Source: Bdellovibrionota bacterium (GTDB lineage: Bacteria; Bdellovibrionota; UBA2428). Taken from it: a DNA stretch of 64,000 nucleotides. Position numbers and translations under genes: made by a program. Position 1 is the stretch's first letter. Each line of letters begins with the position of its first letter. The notes under the pieces are model-generated. The model did no database searches. It was given only the letters and a program-made list of their open reading frames with translations, and had not been told where the DNA came from. The stretch lies in NCBI GenBank assembly GCA_035539375.1, contig DATLIP010000099.1, positions 1,394 to 65,393 of the forward strand. Reading direction: 5' to 3'. Positions 50,954-61,400 of the stretch are shown in pieces.

Positions 50954-51337
50954 TTAAGACTGACGACGTCCCTGCTGGTGACGCACGCGAGAGCGGACGG
51001 CGCCCTGGATGCGCGAGGTGCCAGAATGCGCAAATTTGTTGAGGTTGCGCTGGTCGTTGGTGATCTCCGAATGCGGATGAACATTGGCCGGCATTTGATC
51101 CGGGCTGCGCTGGTTGAATCCCTGATTTACCGAGGGTGACTCACGCGGAGTGCCCCCGCTCGCCGTCGGGGAGGGCTTTTGTTTGTTAGAGGTTTTGGCG
51201 CTCAATTTGCGTGACGTGATCTTTGTCGGAGATTTGGAACTTTTGGTGGCGACTTTTTTGCGGGTGGTTTTTTGGCTCGTGGCGCCCCGTTTGGTGCTTT
51301 TACTGGGATGGGTGGTTTTGGTTGCCATAATATTCAC
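50954..51337 (-). CDS. Highly basic Lys/Ser/Thr-rich low-complexity protein (histone-H1-like N-terminal half)
   Basis: MATKTTHPSKSTKRGATSQKTTRKKVATKSSKSPTKITSRKLSAKTSNKQK..., then a Gln/Arg-rich tail. It ends at the bidirectional terminator. No family recognised. The start may be 51328. Confidence 0.5.
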   Translation of the reverse strand: MNIMATKTTHPSKSTKRGATSQKTTRKKVATKSSKSPTKITSRKLSAKTSNKQKPSPTASGGTPRESPSVNQGFNQRSPDQMPANVHPHSEITNDQRNLNKFAHSGTSRIQGAVRSRVRHQQGRRQS

Positions 51338-51451
51338 TCCCTAAGTGTCGGCGCGACGCGATTGTCGCGCGCAAACTTAGGTTAACGGCCGCCGAACAAA
51401 TTCCTGCCAAGGTTATGCAAGGATTTCTCCATACGGCGACCGTTGCGTGAA

Positions 51452-51949
51452 CTACTGTCTTTGCGAATTGATAGTGTAGGAACCGAGCACGGGCACTTTG
51501 TACATGGTGAGCGTCAGTCGTCCCCATCCTGTGGCTGGTATCTCCGGGTGAAAGTAGGCAACCGCGCGCCACTCACCGCTCTTGTCGATCTGCACTTTGT
51601 GGCCATTGCGGTGGCCGTCGAAGTTCACTCGGCCCAGGTGGGTGATGATGACGTCTTCAAAACGCACCGATCCGGCCGCTTCGACTTCGCGGTAACCCAC
51701 CTCGTTGAGATATTTGCTGGGCATGGACTGCGACTCGGTGCCTTTTTGGTCGCCCACCGGCGCGTACCACGTGGTTTTGAGTTCGTAATTGATGTTCACC
51801 ATGGTTTTGCCGCCGCGATCGGGACCCGTTTTGAGGGTGACGTGACCGCTTTTGACCATTTTGGTGGGTTCTACTCGGTGTACGAGCGTTTGGTTGGGGC
51901 CCGAAAACGTGCCCACAAGACTCAGGAACAAAATTTGAAGAATATCCAT
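51452..51949 (-). CDS. Secreted hypothetical protein
   Basis: Signal-like MDILQILFLSLVGTFSGP, then a beta-rich sequence. No family recognised. Confidence 0.5.
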   Translation of the reverse strand: MDILQILFLSLVGTFSGPNQTLVHRVEPTKMVKSGHVTLKTGPDRGGKTMVNINYELKTTWYAPVGDQKGTESQSMPSKYLNEVGYREVEAAGSVRFEDVIITHLGRVNFDGHRNGHKVQIDKSGEWRAVAYFHPEIPATGWGRLTLTMYKVPVLGSYTINSQRQ

Positions 51950-52021
51950 CGAACGAGGTCCTCCCACTTCTCAGATTAACTGATTTTTGGGGGAACGGAA
52001 CCGGTTCTTGGGGACATCCTC

Positions 52022-52885
52022 TCAACGGGAATACGCAGGAGCGCCGGATTTCTCGTGCCTCAAACGGCGATGAGGAGTGAGCGTGTTTGTGATCTCAGCG
52101 CCGATAAAGAGGATCATCGCCGAGTAGTACACCCACACAAGAAAAACGAGCAGCGATCCAGTGGCGCCATAGGCGGAACCCACGGCGTTCTGTCCAAGGT
52201 AGAGCCCGATGAGTTGCTTACCCAGGGCAAAGAGCATCGCGGTGACGAAGCCTCCCTTAAAGGCTTCGCGCCAACGCAGAAAGGTGTCGGGTAGCACTTT
52301 GTAGATCGAAGCAAAGAGGATGGTGAAGATGAATACCGTTCCGACTTGATTGACGAGATCCCAGGTGGTCCCTTCGTTTGGAAAGACAAAGCTCAGCACA
52401 GCACTGACGGCGAGTGAAACGGCCGACAAAAAACCGAGCGAGAGCACCATGCCCATCGATACCAGTCGACGGCGCAGCCACGGCCACAGGCCACTCGGTG
52501 CGTTGGCTTTGACTTCCCATATCGAGTTCAACGAATACTGCAGCTGCGAAAAGACACCACTTGCGCTGAAGAGCAAAAATAAAATCCCCAGCACGCCGCC
52601 GAGTTTCGACAAGTCGGCTCGATCTTTGGCGCTATCCACCACAAGCTGTACAGCCTCTGCCGCCTGAGATCCGAGGAGGGCCTGGATTTGCTCGGTGAGC
52701 TTTATTTGGGATTCGGTACCCAGAAGCCCTAGGGCCGAAATCGTGATCAGCAGCAGCGGGGCGAGCGAGAGCGCGGTATAGAAGGCCAGCGCCGCCGCCA
52801 GGGTGAGCACCTCATGCTTGTTGAAGTTGTCGATAAAGCGATTGATGTAGTCCTTCATCGGGCGCCACGTTGATTTTAGACTCAT
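52022..52885 (-). CDS. YihY/BrkB (virulence factor BrkB) family membrane protein
   Basis: LAAALAFYTALSLAPLLL near the N-terminus and six hydrophobic segments give the YihY-type layout. Confidence 0.82.
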   Translation of the reverse strand: MSLKSTWRPMKDYINRFIDNFNKHEVLTLAAALAFYTALSLAPLLLITISALGLLGTESQIKLTEQIQALLGSQAAEAVQLVVDSAKDRADLSKLGGVLGILFLLFSASGVFSQLQYSLNSIWEVKANAPSGLWPWLRRRLVSMGMVLSLGFLSAVSLAVSAVLSFVFPNEGTTWDLVNQVGTVFIFTILFASIYKVLPDTFLRWREAFKGGFVTAMLFALGKQLIGLYLGQNAVGSAYGATGSLLVFLVWVYYSAMILFIGAEITNTLTPHRRLRHEKSGAPAYSR

Positions 52886-52965
52886 AGAAAAAATAGTATG
52901 CGCGCCTCTTCGAGCGATCAACGTGGAAGTCCATCGTTAAGCAATCTTAACTATGAAAAGACTCT

Positions 52966-54072
52966 TTATGCGCCGTTCGCTTCGTCGAGCCATGAGAGCT
53001 GTGCTGAGGGCCTCCGAAATGCGGAAGTGGAGAGCGAGGGAAAGACGTTGCTCATACCTATCTTTTTGCATGAGAGCTTGAAGAGCGCGCGAATCTGCTC
53101 GGCAAAGATTCCCTCACCGTGCATGCGTGAGCCAAATTCTGCCGTGTTCAACTTGCCATCGCGCATGGAGCGAATGCGATTGAGAACTTTCTCGGCGCGA
53201 TCGGGGTACTCTCGCTTCACCCAATCTTCGAAGAGGTCTTTGACGCCGTAGGGTAGCCTCAGCATCGTAAATCCCGCAAAGCGGGCCCCGGCCTGGTGGG
53301 CGGCTTCGAGAATGGCGGGGATCTCTTCGTCGGTGAGGCCGGGAATCACGGGAGCCACGTTAACCCCCACAGGGATGCCCGCATCGGCCAGTTGACGAAT
53401 GGCATCGAGTCGGAAGGCGGGGCGCGAGGTACGCGGTTCGAGTTTGGAGCAGAGATCGCTGTTCAAGGTGGTCACTGAGAGAATCACCATCGCCGCGTGG
53501 GATTTGGCGAGGGTTTTGAGCACATCGATGTCGCGTGTGACCAGATGATTTTTGGTGATGATGCTCACCGGGTTGCGGAACTCTGCGAGCACTTCAAGGC
53601 AGCGCCGGGTGAGAAAGTATTTGCGTTCGGCAGGTTGGTAGCAATCTGTCACTCCGCTCATCATGATGACCTGGGGTTGCCACGATTTGCCAAGTAGCTT
53701 TTCACGCAGGAGCTCGGGGCCTCGTTCTTTGACGAAGATTTTGGACTCAAAATCCTCACCGGCTGAAAGTCCAAAGTACTCGTGCGTGGGCCTGGCGTAG
53801 CAGTAAATGCACCCGTGCTCACAGCCGCGGTAGGAATTGATACCGTAGTCGAAACCCACGTCGGGGCTGTCGTTTTTGGTGACGATCGTGCGGGAAGCAT
53901 CGGTGTAAAAGGTGGTGCGCAGGCGAGGACCGCTGTCCATTTCGTCCGGATAGGCTTCGTCGATCACCTGAGTGGCGTCGTAGCGAACCTCGTTAAAGCG
54001 TCCTGTGGGGTTGAGGCCCGTGCCGCGGCCACGTTTGGGATCTAGGGGGAGGGGGATGAAGGCGTTTTTCAT
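52966..54072 (-). CDS. PA0069-family radical SAM protein
   Basis: N-terminus is ...KRGRGTGLNPTGRF. The radical SAM cluster is CEHGCIYCYAR. Length and tail are typical of the PA0069/SPL-related family. Confidence 0.82.
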   Translation of the reverse strand: MKNAFIPLPLDPKRGRGTGLNPTGRFNEVRYDATQVIDEAYPDEMDSGPRLRTTFYTDASRTIVTKNDSPDVGFDYGINSYRGCEHGCIYCYARPTHEYFGLSAGEDFESKIFVKERGPELLREKLLGKSWQPQVIMMSGVTDCYQPAERKYFLTRRCLEVLAEFRNPVSIITKNHLVTRDIDVLKTLAKSHAAMVILSVTTLNSDLCSKLEPRTSRPAFRLDAIRQLADAGIPVGVNVAPVIPGLTDEEIPAILEAAHQAGARFAGFTMLRLPYGVKDLFEDWVKREYPDRAEKVLNRIRSMRDGKLNTAEFGSRMHGEGIFAEQIRALFKLSCKKIGMSNVFPSLSTSAFRRPSAQLSWLDEANGA

Positions 54073-54233
54073 GGGGGGTAGGATCAGTATACCATACAAA
54101 TGTATGGTTTCAAAAACCCGATCGGAGCGTGGCATTAAAATGCTGCAACAAAGGCTCAGGGGCGACCGTTGGGAGTTCTCGCCTAAAGAACTTTCATTGA
54201 CGCTCTGGGTCTATCATGTTATTTCTCCCCGAA

Positions 54234-54710
54234 ATGAAGTCTTGGGTCTTGGTCATTTTTTTCTTGTTGAGCATGGTAGCCAAGGCGAACGTGATTTTTG
54301 CTCAGATGATCATTCAGGTTCAAGTTTCTTGGGGCGACGGAGAGAACGCTTCTTCGCAGGACAAATTCTTTTTCAAATTGGCTTCCGACGCCTCTAGTCC
54401 CAAAGCTTTTGCACTCAACCGCGTGGCCATCACGCGCACTCAGCTTGAGGGTGCCCTTGCCAAGCTCGAAGAAGAAGCGCTCAAACTGCGTGCCAAAGAT
54501 AAAGTTCTCTACGATCGCAAAAAAGCCCTCATCGATGAGATGAAGAGCATGCTCTACACCTCACTGGCTTCAAAATTTGAAGCCATCGAATTCAGTGAAG
54601 AGTTCGTGGCCCTCATCACTTCTATCGACGCCAAAAACGCGGCCACCAAGGCCGAAGTCAAAGCCGAAGTCGATCGGCTCAAAAAAATTCCTGCTCCCGT
54701 CCGACGCTAA
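54234..54710 (+). CDS. Secreted hypothetical coiled-coil protein
   Basis: Signal MKSWVLVIFFLLSMVAKA, then a Lys/Glu/Ala-rich helical C-terminus. An upstream ATG at 54216 is possible. Confidence 0.5.
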   Translation: MKSWVLVIFFLLSMVAKANVIFAQMIIQVQVSWGDGENASSQDKFFFKLASDASSPKAFALNRVAITRTQLEGALAKLEEEALKLRAKDKVLYDRKKALIDEMKSMLYTSLASKFEAIEFSEEFVALITSIDAKNAATKAEVKAEVDRLKKIPAPVRR

Positions 54711-54766
54711 TCTATCTTTTGCAGTCGCATTCGTTATTCTGAGCTCTTAGGGAGGAGCTTGGTATT

Positions 54767-55168
54767 ATGAAAAAAATGATTATTGGTGTTCGTATGCTCT
54801 TGGGCTTGGGATTCGTGGTTTTCGGAGCTGATGGCTTGATGCGTGCGATCACAGGACAGGGGTTCTTTCCGGAACCGACAAACCTTTCTCCTGAACTCGT
54901 CACGGTGATGACCGGCCTGATGGGGATGAAGTATCTCTTTCCGCTCGCCAAGGGCATTGAGTTTGTGGCTGGGCTGACCTTTCTCTTGGGTCGTTACGTG
55001 AATCTCGGCATCGTTCTCTTGACGCCCGTGATGGTGAATATCCTCGGCATCAATCTCTTCGTTGCGCCCGAAGGCGCGCCGATGGCGATTGCGCTGTCGA
55101 TCATGCTCGTCATTGTGATTTGGGATCGTTGGGCTTATTTCCGCCCGCTCGTCGTTACCAATAGGTAG
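54767..55168 (+). CDS. Small four-TM membrane protein (DoxX-like)
   Basis: It has four hydrophobic segments. The resemblance to the DoxX-type fold is loose. Confidence 0.45.
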   Translation: MKKMIIGVRMLLGLGFVVFGADGLMRAITGQGFFPEPTNLSPELVTVMTGLMGMKYLFPLAKGIEFVAGLTFLLGRYVNLGIVLLTPVMVNILGINLFVAPEGAPMAIALSIMLVIVIWDRWAYFRPLVVTNR

Positions 55169-55245
55169 TTCGCAAAAAAAAAACGCCACAAGGATCATTC
55201 CCTTGGTTCATCACCTCGGGGCGATCCTCGTGGCGGCTGGGTGCC

Positions 55246-55425
55246 TTAGACCTTGTGTGGATGATTCGGGTTCGAATGACTTTTTTCGATCTTATCACCC
55301 AGGTCGTGCACCTTTTGACCGAGTTTGGGGGCGCCTTTTTCGGCAATTTTGTGTCCTGCTTTTTCAACAGCGCCACCAATACGGTCTCTCAAGGAAGTTT
55401 TTTTGTTTTTGTTTTTTGGGTTCAT
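55246..55425 (-). CDS. Small basic Lys-rich hypothetical protein (59 aa)
   Basis: An ORF with an ATG start but no convincing SD. The translation is MNPKNKNKKTSLRDRIGGAVEKAGHKIAEKGAPKLGQKVHDLGDKIEKSH. Confidence 0.3.
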   Translation of the reverse strand: MNPKNKNKKTSLRDRIGGAVEKAGHKIAEKGAPKLGQKVHDLGDKIEKSHSNPNHPHKV

Positions 55426-55577
55426 GCCTAGAAAACTGCAACCGTCGTGCCAGCGCTGAAGCCTTCTTGTAGCGCCAGTAGACAAAGATTTGGGGCGAAA
55501 TCATCACAAAGTTTACGGGGCATTCCTGAATTTTGGTCCATTTTGCACCTTGCGCGCCCTGCGCTATGATGTGCCGC

Positions 55578-56570
55578 ATGAAAGTCGCGATCTTTTCTTT
55601 TCACAAATTCGAAAAGCCCTTTCTTGTCGCCGCCAACGAAATGTGGCGCCACGAATGGACGCCCTTCGAGGCGCATCTCAGCGCCTCGACCGTGAAACTC
55701 GCCGAAGGCTATCCGGCAGTGTCCGCCTTCGTCAGTGATTGTCTGAGCGGGGAAGTGATCCGCGCTTTGGCTGCAGGTGGCACGCGCTTTGTTGCGCTGC
55801 GCTCGGCGGGATTTAATCATGTCGACCTGGCGGCAGCGCGCGAGTGCGGCCTACGTGTGACGCGGGTACCGGCTTATTCACCTTATTCCGTGGCTGAGCA
55901 CACGGTAGCCATGATGCTGGCGCTCAACCGCAAACTCTACAAGGCCTACAATCGCGTGCGCGAGGCCAACTTTTCTCTCGATGGGTTGCTCGGTTTTGAC
56001 ATGCACGGCAAAACGGCCGGGGTGATTGGCACGGGCAAGATCGGCACGATCGTGGTGCGCATCCTGCGCGCATTTGGCTGTCGCGTGCTGGCTTACGACA
56101 CTTATCCCAGTGAAGAATGCCGCAAGCTAGGTGCTGAATACGTTTCGTTGCCGGAACTCTACCGCGCTTCGGACATTGTGACTTTGCACTGCCCGCTGAA
56201 CGCGGAGACGCACCACTTGCTAAACGAGGCCGCCATTGCGCAGATGAAGCATGGTGTGATGATCGTGAACACTGGACGCGGTGGATTGGTGGACACCCGG
56301 GCTTTGATCGAGGGGCTGAAGTCGGGCCAGGTGGGACACCTGGGTCTCGACGTTTACGAAGAAGAGGAGAACCTTTTCTTTGAAGACTACTCAGCGAGCG
56401 TGGTGCGCGACGATGTCTTCATGAGGCTGCTGACCTTTCCGAACGTGCTGATCACGGGACATCAGGGTTTCTTTACCGACACCGCCCTTCGCAACATCTG
56501 CGAGACCACGCTACAGAATCTCGCCGACTTCGAGGCCGGTCGCGAGCTCGTGAACGAAGTCAAAGTCTAA
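55578..56570 (+). CDS. ldhA: D-lactate dehydrogenase / D-isomer-specific 2-hydroxyacid dehydrogenase
   Basis: MKVAIFS..., RSAGFNHVDL, VPAYSP.SVAEH, GVIGTGKIG, NTGRGGLVD and TGHQGFFT are LdhA-type motifs. Confidence 0.9.
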   Translation: MKVAIFSFHKFEKPFLVAANEMWRHEWTPFEAHLSASTVKLAEGYPAVSAFVSDCLSGEVIRALAAGGTRFVALRSAGFNHVDLAAARECGLRVTRVPAYSPYSVAEHTVAMMLALNRKLYKAYNRVREANFSLDGLLGFDMHGKTAGVIGTGKIGTIVVRILRAFGCRVLAYDTYPSEECRKLGAEYVSLPELYRASDIVTLHCPLNAETHHLLNEAAIAQMKHGVMIVNTGRGGLVDTRALIEGLKSGQVGHLGLDVYEEEENLFFEDYSASVVRDDVFMRLLTFPNVLITGHQGFFTDTALRNICETTLQNLADFEAGRELVNEVKV

Positions 56571-57127
56571 GTCGCGGCGATTTCTCGGGTACGGAGCTTT
56601 TCTTTGTAGAAATCTTTTTTGGCGACGTAGAGAACCTTGTCGAATTCGGCGAAGACCGTACCCGAGGCGTTTTTGTAGTGTAGCGGCCAGGTGAAGGTGA
56701 TCTCATTCTGGGCGGCGACGTCGCTGATGATCTTTTCGATCATCGCGGGGCTGATTTCGAAGCGGGCGTGGATGGTCTCGCGCGCAGGGCGTTTGAAGCG
56801 AATGGTGCAACCCTTGTCCCACACCACATAATCGGGGCCTAGGATCTGCATAAGCATCAGCATATAATAGGGATCTGTGGAGGCGTAGATGCTGCCACCG
56901 AAGATGGTGCCCACGATATTGCGGGTTTTCCAGTTGAGGTCCAGTCGCACGTCGAGGCGGGTGAAGTCTTCGGCGATGTGGGTCACGCGTCCGCCGGCAC
57001 GCCTCAGGCACGGCCAAATGTTAAAAGAGAGGCGCCAGACGGCGGCTCGCAGTTTTCGGCGCAGGGGGGAACTCAGCATCGCGTGGTTCATAAACTTAGA
57101 ATACCGCAGCTCCCCGGCGAAAGACAT
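56567..57127 (-). CDS. DUF4442 (hot-dog/thioesterase-like) domain protein
   Basis: LDLNWKTRNIVGTIFGGSIYASTDPYYMLMLM...VWDKGCTIRFKRPA fits DUF4442 as I recall it. The start is uncertain (57127 or 57091). Confidence 0.6.
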   Translation of the reverse strand: MSFAGELRYSKFMNHAMLSSPLRRKLRAAVWRLSFNIWPCLRRAGGRVTHIAEDFTRLDVRLDLNWKTRNIVGTIFGGSIYASTDPYYMLMLMQILGPDYVVWDKGCTIRFKRPARETIHARFEISPAMIEKIISDVAAQNEITFTWPLHYKNASGTVFAEFDKVLYVAKKDFYKEKLRTREIAAT

Positions 57128-57175
57128 CGTGCGTGGGTGCTTGTCGCGTGAAGGTCGGTGCTCTAGAATTTACCT

Positions 57176-57964
57176 ATGAGCGTTGGCGTGTTTGACAGTG
57201 GACTCGGCGGCCTTTCTGTTCTGCACGAGATGCGCAAACGATTGCCCGAAGAGGACTTTGTCTACGTGGCCGACAGCGGGCACGTTCCCTACGGCGACAA
57301 AGCCCCTGAATACATCAATGAGCGTTCGCTGCGGATCGGCGAATTCTTGGTAGATCAGCACGACGTGCGGGCCATTGTCATTGCCTGCAATACGGCTTCG
57401 GCCACCGCGATCATGCCCCTGCGCAATCGTTTTCCGGGCGTGCCTGTGATTGGCATGGAGCCTGCTGTGAAACCCGCCATGGCCGTCACTCGCACACGCC
57501 GGGTAGGGGTGCTTGCCACGGTGGGCACCCTCAAGAGTGCTCGTTTTGCGGCACTGCTAGATCGTTTTGCTGACACGGTTGAGGTGGTGATGCAGCCCGC
57601 GCCGGGACTCGTGGAATGCGTGGAGCGCGGAGATCTGACGGGAGCCGAAACACGCCGGCTCGTAGAATCCTTTGTGCGCCCGCTGCGGGAACGTGGGGTC
57701 GACGTGATCGTGCTCGGCTGCACCCATTACCCCTTTTTGCGCGAGGCGATAGCCGAAGTGGCCGGCGAGGGGGTGTCTCTCATCGACACCGGTGCTGCCG
57801 TGGCGCGCCAGGTGCAGCGCAAGCTCGAAGAGGTGAATGGCCGACGTCTCGAGGGCCACGGCCGAGAGCTTTTCTTTAGCTCGGGGGATCTGAGCGTTGG
57901 CGAGGGCGCCCTGCGCAAGCTTTGGGGGCCCGGGGCGCAGCTCGCTGGGCTTCCGAGCGAATAA
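57176..57964 (+). CDS. murI: Glutamate racemase
   Basis: VGVFDSGLGGLSV, YVADSGHVPYG, IACNTAS and LGCTHYP are present. Confidence 0.95.
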   Translation: MSVGVFDSGLGGLSVLHEMRKRLPEEDFVYVADSGHVPYGDKAPEYINERSLRIGEFLVDQHDVRAIVIACNTASATAIMPLRNRFPGVPVIGMEPAVKPAMAVTRTRRVGVLATVGTLKSARFAALLDRFADTVEVVMQPAPGLVECVERGDLTGAETRRLVESFVRPLRERGVDVIVLGCTHYPFLREAIAEVAGEGVSLIDTGAAVARQVQRKLEEVNGRRLEGHGRELFFSSGDLSVGEGALRKLWGPGAQLAGLPSE

Positions 57965-58015
57965 ATCATTGGCCGGTCTCGGCAGACCCTCGAAAATGGT
58001 AAATAATGCTCATAT

Positions 58016-58414
58016 ATGGGCCATAGTGATTTGCGAGTCCTCATCGTCGACGACAACCAAAGTGACCGATTGCTGTGCAAGGCCCTCGTTTCGAACCTCG
58101 GTGTGACGCAGATTCAGGGTGCCGAGAACGGATCCATTGCCGAGACCAAAATGGTGGCCGCCGTGGACGTTGGCCAAGCCTACGATCTTGTGATTCTGGA
58201 TTGGAATATGCCTCGAGCCAATGGGCTCAAGTTGCTGCAGTACGTGCGCCACAATCGCCGTTTGAAACAGACAAAGATCATCATCATGACAGCCACGGCA
58301 GAGCGCGAGCTCGTGGATGAGGCGATCAAGCACGGCGCAGATGACTTTATTGTGAAGCCATTAAAGGCCGAACCGCTGCACGAAAAAATCAAAAAACTTT
58401 TTGAAAAACACTAA
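58016..58414 (+). CDS. CheY-like single-domain response regulator
   Basis: RVLIVDDNQSDR, DLVILDWNMPRANG, IIMTA and DFIVKP are present. Confidence 0.9.
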   Translation: MGHSDLRVLIVDDNQSDRLLCKALVSNLGVTQIQGAENGSIAETKMVAAVDVGQAYDLVILDWNMPRANGLKLLQYVRHNRRLKQTKIIIMTATAERELVDEAIKHGADDFIVKPLKAEPLHEKIKKLFEKH

Positions 58415-61400
58415 GCCGCCTGTTTTTGGCGCGCTGTCCATTTCTCAATGGCCGCACGCAGCGACTCTTTTTTGATGGGCTTAGCGAGATAATCGTCCAT
58501 GCCCGCCGCGAGACACTTTTTGTCATCGCCCGAAAGTGCGTTGGCCGTGAGGGCTACGATGGGGATCGTGCGGATACGCTCGTTTTCCGAATCGCGGATG
58601 CGGCGGGTGGCTTCGAAGCCATCCATTTCTGGCATCTGACAATCCATCAGAACGAGGTCGAAGGACATTTTTTCTAGAGCGTCGAGCACTTCGAGACCGT
58701 TGGCCACGACGGACACCGTATAGCCAAAGCTCTGTAGGATTTTCTTCACGAGCATTTGGTTCACGGCAACGTCTTCGGCCACGAGGATGCGTGTGCCCAC
58801 GCTCACTGTATCGTTGACTTGAGAGCCCGCACTCAGGAGTCTCGGCGACGTGTCGGCGGTGGCGTTTTCGCCATGGGCAGTAACGCGAACGATGGCGTTG
58901 TAGAGATCCGATTGCTTGATGGGCTTGGTGACCACGTCGTCAAAGCCGTGTTCATTGAGCGTTTCGGGCTTGAGGGACTTGCCAAAATCCGCCATGAGCA
59001 CCGCTTTAAGGCGCGGATAACCTTCGCGCAGCGAAGTGAGGACTTTGCGTAAGTCCGATTTGCGCGAATGCGTACCCGAGAATACCACTTCAAAGCGTCT
59101 TTCCGCGGCGGGTAGGGCTTTGAGCTTTTGAGGCGCCTCGGCGAGCGAGGTGAAGAGCACGTTGTGAATGCTCCATGACTTGAGGTAACTGCAAACCGAG
59201 CTCCGCACGCTTTCGTTGTCTTCGATGACGAGAATGCGCAGGTGGCTTAGCAGGCGTACTTGTTCGGATCGCGTGGCGGCATCGTTTTCTTGGGCAACCG
59301 TCATCGGAATCTCAAACCAAAAGGTCGAACCTGCGCCCACTTCGCTCGTGACGCCGATCTTGCCGTGCATGGCTTCCACAAGGCGGCTGCAAATCGAGAG
59401 ACCAAGTCCTGTTCCACCGTATTTGCGGGAGGTGTCGTTCTCGCCCTGCGAAAAGGCCCGAAAGAGTTTGCCCATAGTGCTCTCACTCATGCCGATGCCT
59501 GTGTCTTGAACTTCAAAGCGCACTCGCGGAGCGCTGTAAGCATTTTCGGAGGCCGTGTTGAAGACACGCACCGAGATGCCGCCCTTTTGAGTGAATTTGA
59601 GAGCGTTGCCCACGAGGTTTAGCAAGATTTGGCCGATGCGCCCCGAATCGCCGACGACGAGCTTTGGCAAGTCCGGAGAGATGAAAGCGCTCAGGCCCAC
59701 GCGTTTTTGTCTTGCTTTGGGCATGAGGATGTCGACTTGGCTCTCCACCACTTGCACGAGGCTTAAAGGTGTCTCTTCGAGCACAAGACGACCGGCCTCG
59801 ATTTTGGAGAAGTCGAGGATATCATTGATCAGGTTCAAGAGCGCAGTTCCGGAATGCTGTACGATTTCGGCGTAGTTGCGCTGTTCATGATCTAGCTTGG
59901 TTTCGAGAATCAAGTCCGTCATGCCGATGATGCCGTTGAGCGGCGTGCGGATCTCGTGACTCATGTTAGCGAGGAAGGCCGACTTTGCCTGAGTGGCGGT
60001 TTCGGCGGCGTCGAGCGCAGCGAGCAGCTCGTGTCGCGAGTGTACGGCAGCCGTGACATCTCCAATGGTGGCTACGAGGCGTTGGCGCTTGCCATCTTCG
60101 CGCACGATTTGCCCAAAGGCACGCACCCAGCGAACGCCGCAGCCGGGTCCCGGCGTGACGCGAAACTCGACATCGATGTTAGGCGAAGCGCCGCTGACAT
60201 AGGCCTCGACGGCGCGAACAAGTTTGCTTCGATCCGCAGCTTCTACGCGCTCATTGACCTCGGCGAAGGTCGGGTTTTCGTGGGCGGCGTAGCCAAAGAT
60301 GTTCTTTGCCTGATCATCCATGAACTGGATCTCGCCACTCTCAAAATCGCGCTCCCAAATGCCCTCCTGAGTAGAATCGATCACGCGCAACAAGCGCTCG
60401 TGCGTGATGCGCAGTTCTTCTTCGGCTTTTTTGCGTTCGGTAAGGTCCGCGGCGATGCCCAGGTAACCGGTCACTTCGCCGTCGGCGTTGTGTAGAGCGG
60501 TAACGGTGAGTGAAACCGGAAGGCGAGTGCCATCTTTACGCACATAGGTCCATTCATGCTCGTCGGTAGCGCCTGTGAGCTGTGTTTTGGCCACAAAGAC
60601 TTTGAATCCGGGTTCGATGCTGAAGCCGAGTTCTCGGCTCAACTGTACGGCTCGGGCCTTCACTTCGTCGGGATCGTGGAAGATGCCGGGATGGGTTTTA
60701 CCGACAACTTCGTCTTCGGAATAACCGAGCATTTGAGAAGCGGTGCGGTTGAAGGTTTGGATCATGCCCTGCGCGTCGCTCGAGATGATCGAATAGCTGG
60801 CAGCGTTTAGTAGCGTGCGTTTCCAGAGAAGGTCTTGCTTGTCTTTAGCCTCTTTTTCTTTTTGAGCTCGGCTGGCAATTTCGAGCAGTCCACCCACGAC
60901 AAAAGCAAAGAGGAAGCCCGCTAGGAGCAGAATGTGAGGAATGTTGGAGGCCCTGCTTTTGACGAAGCTTTCAGTGGGAACGATGGTGATGTTCCAGGAC
61001 GCGAGACCGTGGCGCAAACGCACCTTGCTTGAGAGAAGTTCTACGGGCGAGGATTTGCCGTTTTGTTGGAAAACCAGATGGCCAGACTCTTGCACGCTCA
61101 CAAAAAAATCTCGAGCATCGAAAACAGCGCCGAAAAGCTTTTGGGTTTGTACAGTGGCGTAAATCGCACCGGTGGCACGACCATTTTTGTAGAGTGCCAC
61201 GGGGAGAATGTTGCCGATGCCGCCCGATCGTAGTTTCACGGTACGGCTCAGTGAGGGTTGATGCATGTCTTTGGCGTTTTCAAAGGCCTCGCGCCGCGTA
61301 GCTATAGTGGCCTGACTAAAGTTCTTTACCTGATTGCTTAAAAACTCAGGGTAGGACCAGGTGACTTCCCAGCGCTCATTGACCACGCCAATGCGAGTGA

